From Lingula anatina (Eukaryota; Animalia; Brachiopoda): a stretch of 64,000 bases of DNA. This document shows, one piece after another, positions 37,563 through 64,000 of the stretch. A model generated the notes under the pieces. It was not told the DNA's origin, made no database searches, and saw only the letters and a list, made by a program, of their open reading frames with translations. A program made the translations under genes and the position numbers. Numbering within the stretch: the stretch's first letter is position 1; each line of letters begins with the position of its first letter. The stretch is from positions 8,738,587 to 8,802,586 of the forward strand of contig CM120648.1 in the NCBI GenBank assembly GCA_051362555.1, written 5' to 3'.

Positions 37563-40500
37563 TTTAATAGCTAATAGTTTGCCCGAGGAGTAGAGCCAGT
37601 TTCCTTGTCAGTCAGTGCCTGGTGGTGCTGGAATGCTGAAACGGTGATTGTTTTCCTGACCCGGCTGAAATGGGGATTGCTTTCCTGACCCGGATACCTT
37701 ACTCGCTAGCACGAGTGCTGTGTTGCTTTTATGTAGGTAAAAGAGGGCGCGTTGTTTGCATTGGGTGTACTGGCTTGTGGGGCCAGGGGTCGTTTTGAAA
37801 ACGTATGCAGGACCGTAGGCTTCGTGTGTCGGATGTGCAAGTGTGTGTGCGTGTGCGCGCGCGCGCGTGTGTATAGGGAGGGAGAAGGGGGAGCAACTGT
37901 CCCTTCTGCACCCCCGCCCCATCTCAGGTATGTATTTTTTATATTTAGTATGCAAAACAATATTCATTGCATGTAAGGTATATAGTCTATGTTGTGTGCG
38001 TGCTTTATGTGCTAATACAGTGCTGCTGTTTTATCAAGTACAACCAATCGTGTTATTCTTAAAGAAGACATATATACAAGTGTATACAGGTATATACTAG
38101 ATCTTTTCAATTGGCAATTTTTTTTAATTTTACAGATACTGTATAACATATTCCCGTTGAGTTGCAGCAATAACAATATTATACTACAAAAAAAAAAAAA
38201 GGTTTCTATATAGTTCTATTCTATTCTCTACAATACAATCACCATAAATGTTATATAGAAATAATTTTTTGTTATAATAAAATTGTGTCTGAAAATTTGA
38301 TCGTTTTTGCCATTGAAAAGTTCATGTCATTACCGTATTGTGCACAGCTCTCAATCTACAAATACATGGCTTTAATTTGTGATACAGATAGAACCATTGG
38401 CCCGATGATTGACGGGTCCTAGTTTAAATGTTTTAGAAAAAACTCACATTCATAAAAATAAAAAAAAACATTTCACCTAAGAATTCTAACCCTTTCTTTT
38501 TAAATGTGTTACATGTATAATAAGAAAAGATTCCAAGTGTGCGTCTTCGGTCGAATGATGAGTTAATTAGGTTGTTACCCTTCATCTTGGCTGCCAGCAC
38601 TATTATTTATTTGTTGAGTCCCAGTTTTTATGCTTTACCCTGCGAGTGATTTTAATACCGGCAGGTGTTTACACTTATTGACGTCATACCTGTTGATTTT
38701 TCATCCCCTGATTGACATGTGACAGTCGAAACAGATAAATGAACAACACTTCAGTTGTTAACTTTATCATTATTGTTCATCTTGACATTTCAGTCGAAGA
38801 TTTAATTACATTACTGTTGTATAATAAACACGTGTTTGTCATATCTTTGATTCTGAAAACAATGAGATAAGTTTGTTGCTGGAAAGCGTGTATCTTCCCA
38901 TTTATTTTGATTCTTTGCCCGATAATGTTTAAAAATCATGTCTTCTTGTGACAAGAAGGAGGAGGAAATCGAAATGGAATATGTAACCCCGGTTGGTTAC
39001 TTAATTCCGAGCGAGTAGCAAACTTGAAAACACCGAAGACATCAATGGTATCTCATGAAGATCTTTATTTGTTGACGGGCTACAATCTGGCACGCAGGCA
39101 GGGACAGTCACGACGATCTCCCGGGGTCTCTCTCTCACTAACTGAGAAGCCCTCATTTTATAGGGAATCGTTCTAAGTCCTGCGTGTCCAATCACTATCA
39201 CTAAATGTGTGTAATTTATAGGAATAATAAAGGAACTAAAGGTAACATACGTGATTAATAGGAAGTATCAGAAAACTAAATACAGGGACTATATTACATT
39301 TCATAGTAGCCCTGAACACGGATATGTTCTCCGGGTAGGAAGGTTACATAACGCTCGGACCTGGGAATGGCCTCAACTGAAATTTCCCCAGGTGTAGTGA
39401 CTGTTTTTGGTGGAAAAGATCAAAAGAGCGAAATGACTATAATGAGGCCAAAGTATTTCTACAATTTTAGAGTCGGCACCGGGTTTCCATTTTCTGTCAT
39501 CTGAAAGGGGTGTATCTTCAATTACTTAAATAAATTACTCTACCGAGATTTTTGTTTCTAATTTTGGTTTCTCTTCCGTGATTGAAAATGTGATTTAAAG
39601 GCAGAGACAAATTGTATAACACTACCGTGTTATAAATATAAAGACGAGGATATTAATATTGCGAAACAAACGATACAGAGAGAAAAACTGTGGTCACCTG
39701 GTTAATCTTCAGAAAACAAGACAGAACAGAGATAAAAAGAAGAAAAACAAAAATAATATGGGGTAAAATATTTGTCTAACAGCCCAAACCCCTGGGTAAA
39801 AGAAGTAAAGAGCACAATAAGAGACGCCTCTCTCTCTCTCTCTCTAAAAAAAGAAGAAAAAAAACTGAAAGCAGTGAGGTTTCAGGTGGAAATAAACTGA
39901 TTAAAAAGGGAAAAACATGAGTTGTTTTGGGGCAACCAATCTACTCGTAATTTGGCATTTCAATTAGTAACTATCTATAAGTAAAAATTAAGGTGTCATT
40001 CGTGTCGTCAGGGGTTGCATTCGATCCCCTTCTATATATCGCCTTTACCATGTGTATCTCCCATCGCCAATTTCAATTTCTCGTGTTTTTTTTTTTTTTT
40101 TTTTTTTTTTTCGCATTCAAATGCAATAGGAGAATATAGTGGATAACATGATTAACAGCGACTAAAACTTCATTAGATTAGGTAATGGTGTGTATCCACG
40201 CAGATTTAAACAGGCGTGACCATACCCGACCTGGTCTAACCTGATCTAACCTGACCTGGTGAAAAACACGGTGACGCTTCACCGACTTCGTACTACCTTA
40301 GAATATAACGCAATGGAATGAATTGTACCTGGAAAGTCAAATCGATTGCGGTAGTTGTGCTGTCGCAACCAGTGCAATTGTGAATGCATTGACAACCAGT
40401 GTCACGAAAGAGATTCCTTAACTTGATCACCCAATTCCTTTTAACTGGCATATTGGCCTCCATCGCTATACCTGGTCACTTTCAGTTTCGTTTTTGCTGA

Positions 40501-43500
40501 TGACAATCCCCCCCCCTTTCCATGTTTGCCAACACTTTACATAACTGATCTTTACGTGTTTGGTAGACTTCACCACAAAAATCGTATACTTCCCCCCCTT
40601 GCTTTCAACTGTACCTAACTGCGACATCACCAGTACGCGAGCTGATTGACGGGGATTTCAGTGGTCGCGACTTCACATGGTTGTTATGATTAGATATATT
40701 AGGTATAAGGAAGTATTGAAAACTTTCTCAAAGGCGGATGCTCTACCCATTACCAAAGCGTCAGGTTTTGCATTGCATACGTGATATACTGGTCGTTTTG
40801 GTCGAGACTAGCTTCTTAAAATTATAACCATTTTATGTTTCGACTCTGCTGATTCATCCATAATTATAAACTGTTACGTCTGATAAGACCATGGCATTTG
40901 TAGAGCAACAGACAAATTTAAGTGCCAGTTATCCATTTTTACCTCGTTCATCATGTCTTTCTCATCTATTTTGCCCATTCAAAACACAGAAAACAACCAG
41001 TATTGACAAAGAATTTATTACACTTACTTACAATACAGTTACACGAAAAGTATGCATGTTATATAAGAGAATAAGAATAACTGCTTGAGCCAAATACAAA
41101 GCTTCACGTAATCGCTTCACATCATTATCATCATCCTCATAATTGTACTATGAAACATCATTTACTAAAGTATTACCAAGCTTGATTAATAATATCAATA
41201 ATATATTAACTTTATCTTGATAGCACTGCCCCATACAATAAAACCAAATTCTGGGCTACTTTTGCCACGCAATCTACTTCAGTTCTCTTGATATTACACT
41301 TAAAACAAATTTTAGGGCTTCTTGTTGGCCGCGCAAGCTATGATTTATCTTATCATAAATTGAGAAATAAAAAAACTCTCAATCTCATTTCACTAGATTC
41401 TATGAGGTTTCACAATATGTTGTTCTGTAGATATTTTCCATCTACAAGAAGTAATAATAATAATAATAAGAACATGAAACAGTGATACTGTACAAAAAAG
41501 TTTTCTAGCTTATACTTACTTACACATAATTGTTTTCACACTATAGAACTATACAACAACAACTTTGTCTGGCCCGATAGTAGGAATAATAATCATAATA
41601 GTGTTACATCTTATCATATCGTAATGTTAATGATATAGGTCTTGCAGTCAGTTACGATTTGAAGAGGGAACAGGCAGGATGGCAGTTTAGAATTAAAGCA
41701 ATGCACACTTTGGTTACAACTCTTCTTGCACAAGACAACAGAGTCGGTGACACAGGACTCAAACCAATGGCCTTCACCTCTTAGAAGGTCACGGTGTCAA
41801 ATGTCAACCATTTGAAGGTCAAAAGAATTAGGCCAATGACAAAATTGGGCTTCACATTTCCGGGTCGATCAAATGAGACTGCTGAATTATATATCCCCAA
41901 CAGTTCATTCAAGACTGGGTACAATGGCAAGTATGCATGTACCTCTCTCTCTCTCTCTGCCTTTGAAAATGAATGTAACTAAACATGCCAAATCATTTAT
42001 CCATGCCAGTGACTTAACTTTGTACGTAAATTTTATCAGGTCATGACATAATTGAGTATCATCCATACCTATCAAAAGAACCCAAGGCTTTGCCTCTTGT
42101 AAATGAACTTTCAATAGCATTGTGTTTCATTTACAGTTGAATATTAAGGGCCATCAGGTAAATGACTGCTCTCTTTCAAAATGCTAATAAAGCCCAATAT
42201 TTCCATTGCCAATGGCATAGTGTACAAGATTCTCTATAACAGCATGTTCAAACCGAGAAGAATATTCAATTCACTGGCTACAGCTCAAAGACCATTACTT
42301 CACCAAAGCTTCCAAGCACAAACAAATATATTCCAGAAGAGGATTTGCAAAACATTTTTTTTTCCAATTCAACATCAGTCAATGACCAAGTAACTCGAAA
42401 CTGTCTGCTGTTGTTAGAGGCATTGTGTTGACCTCATTTAATTTTTTTCCAGAAAATAATCTTAAAAAGCCCTTCCAAATATAACCTAGATTCCTTTGTT
42501 GCTGCTTCAGTTGCCACTGGTACTTCTAGGGCTTCCCCCTTTCCCCTTGTTTCTTTTTTAAATGCATGCACTGAATATTCCATTCATCTGATACCCCCCA
42601 GCCATCCTTCCAGAGAGACTATACCTTTCCAGATGAGCCAAAACTAAAACAATGTAGATTTCACAAATTTTCAAATAAATTTTTCTATCTTACTCAATTT
42701 TGTAAAACTGAACCCTAAGTCAGTGTCTCGGCCCACCTTGCCATCATGCCCCACTATTGCCTCCTATAATCAGTGCTATGAACAAAAATGATGGAAAGCG
42801 GGTGCCTTGACTTTATACCTAGTGAACAACGATACAAAAGCCTGCCATGCCACAAACTTGACTGTGACATCATCAATGTGCGAGTCTCTACAAGGTAGAA
42901 ATTTCTATACACATACAAATGTACATTGGCTGTATGCAATGGCAAACAAAGGTAGAGCAAGTTCAATGCAGCATGGGCAGTAATTCAAGCGAGCCAATGG
43001 AAACTTGTCCTTTGCCAAGATTTCATACTTTTAGAATTTCAAATATCACCGAAACCCAGCAAATGTGAAAGTGACATTCCCACAGTTTCCAATCTATTGT
43101 GAAATACACATATCACTTAAGCTTAAAGGACTTAAACACTGCTCAACAACTATAGTCCTTTACCAGCCCCAAGCCTTAACATACTCGGTACATTACACAA
43201 GCAACTTAAAATAAACTTTTAAAAAGTTTTTTTAGATTTAGAAATGAGACCCTATTGCACTGTAGGAAAAGATCCTCCGTATCAAAACAAATCTCTCAAG
43301 ACAATTCTTAATTTTTTTCTTGCTCTCTGCCTGCAATATTTTCTCAACTCGATCTTCTAGAGAGAAAAAAAAAAAAAAAAACACTTGGTGCACAAAGTTG
43401 GTTTTACTGAATCTGATGATATAACAAAACCTTCCACAGGAGTTACCTTTTACAGCCAGCAGTCATTTTTCACTGTGTGCTGGTAAGTAACTTTGAACCC

Positions 43501-44153
43501 CTGCACTCTTACAAGAGTGGTCACGCTGTTGACTAACCCAAAGCCTCAAACCTATAAATGAGTTAAAAGTTAAAGCAAGTGCTGACAGATCAAGATCCTG
43601 CCATATGTGACATAGCAGTAGCACCCCCTTCTCAAGGTCCCCGTGACCAGTGACCTTCACCCTTTATGCTCAAGGCAATAACCTTGACATGCCCTTGACC
43701 CTGGCAACTACTGCTACAGAAATAAGCAGCACGTTTGCGGTCTCCGTTGAATATACTTTCAGAGGAGGGGCTTCCTTCCCTTTTGACAGCACAAGAAAAC
43801 TATAAACACACACACATGCCTGCTGACATACTGACTGACTTACAATTTAGTTACTAATGTTTGAAATGACTTGTTGTTCTGACTCCCCTTTGATGTGCCC
43901 TCCTCTTCCGCAGTAAGCTCACTACGGAGAAAAAAACAGATCATCATAAATATATAGAAACAGCCTTGCCATAGTTGATCTCGAGTCTTTTTATGTTGCT
44001 TTTTTTTTTAATGTCTTCTTTGTCTATTTTGGACTTCATGATGATGGAAATTTTTTTTAAAAATGTCTTTTATTCCTCCTTTTCTTCTTCATCTTGTTTG
44101 ATATCTATATGTTTGTTTATTTCCTCAACGTCTGTGCGTCGTGCCTGGGGAGA

Positions 44154-61408
<17,255 letters not shown>

Positions 61409-62241
61409 CTGAAAGTAATCGTGTGAAATCAAAGTTAAAATATAATCCTTTAGTTTCATATGAAGAATAAATAAAATGTGTACTTTTTGCTTTTTGAGCA
61501 GTTGGTTTTAGAATAAAAATTAATAAGCTGATGAAAAATGCCGGTGGAAGGAAAAGTTTAAATTGTTTCTCTTTGTCAATTTTCTATGCTGATGCTGAAT
61601 ATTGTTGTATTTTTAACAATTAACTTTGCTCTGCAAAATATCGCCTTGCTCAATTTGGACATATTTTTCTTGCAAACAAATACATTATCTTTTTTACAAG
61701 TATTAAGCAAAAACTTATCTTATTACTATTCAAAACCATTTTCCTATTATGAAAAACACAGTTGCAAGACTTTCTGCATTAAAAAAAAAAAAAAAGAAAT
61801 AGCACCTTATTTTCACAATATATCCGATCTGCCAGGTTCTACAATACCCTCCAGTAAAAATCATGTTTTTCTCTGATATATGCAGCTTTCATATAAACCC
61901 TTAACTTAAGCACTGCTTTCTTAGTCTATATATATATATTGTCCTTGTATGGTTACACAGCTATAATTTCTATCAATATTCTCACATGGAGAACCATTGA
62001 TTTCTTGCTCTAATGCATTAAGGGCCTTATGTACGTCATCTGTGAGTCAGCGTGGACGTAATGTTGATAAATCATGCATTGACAGTGTGTCGGTAGAAGT
62101 GCTTCTGTTGATTAGGATTGCCCTCGATAATTATAATAATTCATCAATGAGCCCAGCAAAGCCATGAACTTCTGTATAAAAGTCAGTTTTGGTGACTAGT
62201 TTTGTTTTAACCAATAAGGTGAAGCATTTTGTATGCAAGTG

Positions 62242-63563
62242 CAGTGTTTCCCCTGCACTTAAATGAGCGAGGCGCCCGCCTCGATGATATTTGCAAGCGC
62301 CTCACTGAAATTTGTCAAAAGCACCGCCTCGCTAGACTATATGAAACAACAAAGTATATTTTCACTCATGCTAACTGAAAATTATATTTATTTCTAAGCA
62401 AATATGGCATTTTCTGTTTACATACGTAATCCCATGCTTCTGAGCACTTGATTTAGTAGTAACGTAAAGACGCATGCGCGTATGCCTAAAATAATCAGCA
62501 GTTACTATCTCCCTGTGAGTGCCTCGTTTTCGCAGTTCTGTGCCTTATTTGAAGTATAAGAAACAGAGCGAAACGAGGCAACTGTTCTTGACACCATTTA
62601 ATCACGTGTCAAGAATACACTTTCTCTATCACTTCATGTTCCGAAATTCAGACCGCCTGTTGTTTGTTTTTATAGTTTACGAATATTCACTGATAAAAAG
62701 GAGTAAATAAAGTGGACTTCGTTGATTTTATAAACTTGGAGAAGATTTTCTATTGATTTACGGGTGAGTTTTGTGAAAGCAGTAGCGTTGTAAAACTGGG
62801 TCACGTCAGTATTTCGCGTGGAAACCTATGCATTGAATATGAATTTCCATGACTGAATAGAACCATATAAATTAATAAACGAAGAACTAAAATTGATGAT
62901 AAGTGTGATTTTCATCTCTTTAATTCCGAAGCATTCATTTAACGGTGTTTGAAGTTGTTGATTATAAATTACATCTCAAACTACGTATAACTAGTAGCGG
63001 GAGTCGCTTTGCGCTGAACGACAAGAGAGAGAACTTTTGCGGCAGTTTTATATTAGGATGAAGCGCTCCCACACGCAAAGTCAATTGACCAGTTACTTTC
63101 ACAAGAATGTGAAAACGGTAAAAACAACATATTTTATCAACTTTTTGGTCAATTTAAAAATAATTCAATGTAGTAAGCCCTTTTTCCCGTTTCTTGTAAG
63201 TATTAAAGTAGTTAACTTTTTTTTTTTTTTTTTGAAAGTATTAACTTTTTTTTTTTTTTTTTGAAAGAGTATGTTCTATAAACTGAAAAGGACTAAACTG
63301 AGTGAATGCACAGACTGGAAAATAAATTTTGTCCAAACCTTTGTTATGTCATTACTGAATTTACTCCTCAAAACATCTAAAACAAGACAATTCAGTGCCA
63401 CATAAAATGTAAAAAAAATCAGTTCTAAATACCCTAAAATGCACCAAATTGCACCTCGATTTAAAAAATTTTCCGGGGGGGCATGCCCCCGGACCCCCCT
63501 AGTATTGCTGGGATCGCGGACTGCCTACCACCTCGCAGAGCTTGAAAGCCAGGGGAAACACTG
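62242..63563. mobile_element. hAT-like non-autonomous element with 6-bp TSD
   Basis: 14-bp TIR CAGTGTTTCCCCTG / CAGGGGAAACACTG; direct repeat CAAGTG at 62236-62241 and 63564-63569; subterminal hairpin CCGGGGGGCATGCCCCCGG; CpG-rich relative to the host intron. Confidence 0.75.
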
Positions 63564-64000
63564 CAAGTGACAAGCCTCAACTAAGGAATTATGAAATACC
63601 TTATTTTTGCAAAAGCCAGGTTTCAATACTGCAGATGTCTATAGTGGGAATCATCAGAAATAACCAAAATTCCTTCAAACTTTTCAGAAATGGACAGGAA
63701 TGTGTCAGAAATAATTGCAAAACAGTGAGTGCATCCAAGAAAAAACATTGATTTTATAACACATCCATTTTATAATTTTCTGCTTCTGTACAATTAGATA
63801 TTTGCACAACTGTATGTATTCACCATGTTTGGAACAGTTTTTCAGCTACTTGAAAAAAACGTCTAGAAAATATAATTTCATCTTAATTGATTAAAGGTCA
63901 GCTTCATCTTGTGCAGATTCTTGTCTGTTTTCTAGTCTCATGACAACACGCAGCACAGCACCTTTGCTCGTTTTATTTATTAACTTGTTACTAAAATTTC

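Noticed and set aside
41742-41815. tRNA-like B box (GGTTTGAGTCC on minus)
   Set aside because: No convincing cloverleaf or A box; at most a decayed SINE head.
63890-63941. Short minus-strand ORF MRLENRQESAQDEADL as the GNB first coding exon
   Set aside because: It ends in a stop, lacks a donor site and does not match the MSELxxLRQE N-terminus.

Overview
AT-rich, intron-dense animal genomic DNA. It looks like a marine invertebrate, probably a mollusc or other lophotrochozoan; this is inferred from the repeat types and is not proven. Six protein-coding genes can be assembled by hand from GT-AG exons. They are USP5/USP13-type deubiquitinase (-, 18 exons, 3' end outside the window), a CDCA3/Tome-1 orthologue (+, head-to-head with USP5), a secreted single-discoidin (F5/8 type C) protein (-), glutathione S-transferase kappa (+), a probably GPI-anchored alkaline phosphatase (-) and G-protein beta (-, first coding exon outside the window). 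The most striking result is the order and orientation <-USP5|CDCA3-> ... <-GNB. It matches the human 12p13 GNB3-CDCA3-USP5 cluster, including a compact CCAAT plus CDE/CHR-like bidirectional promoter, with three genes interposed. Introns and UTRs hold a diverse set of non-autonomous DNA transposons: Helentron/HINE-like elements with 146-159 bp internal tandem repeats, a 4.2 kb Academ-like element, an IS3EU-like element, a hAT-like element with a 6-bp TSD, and several MITEs. Several of these carry arrays of AGGTCA nuclear-receptor-type motifs. No prokaryotic systems, CRISPR arrays, rRNA or intact tRNA genes were recognised. All coordinates were read by eye and no database searches were run.
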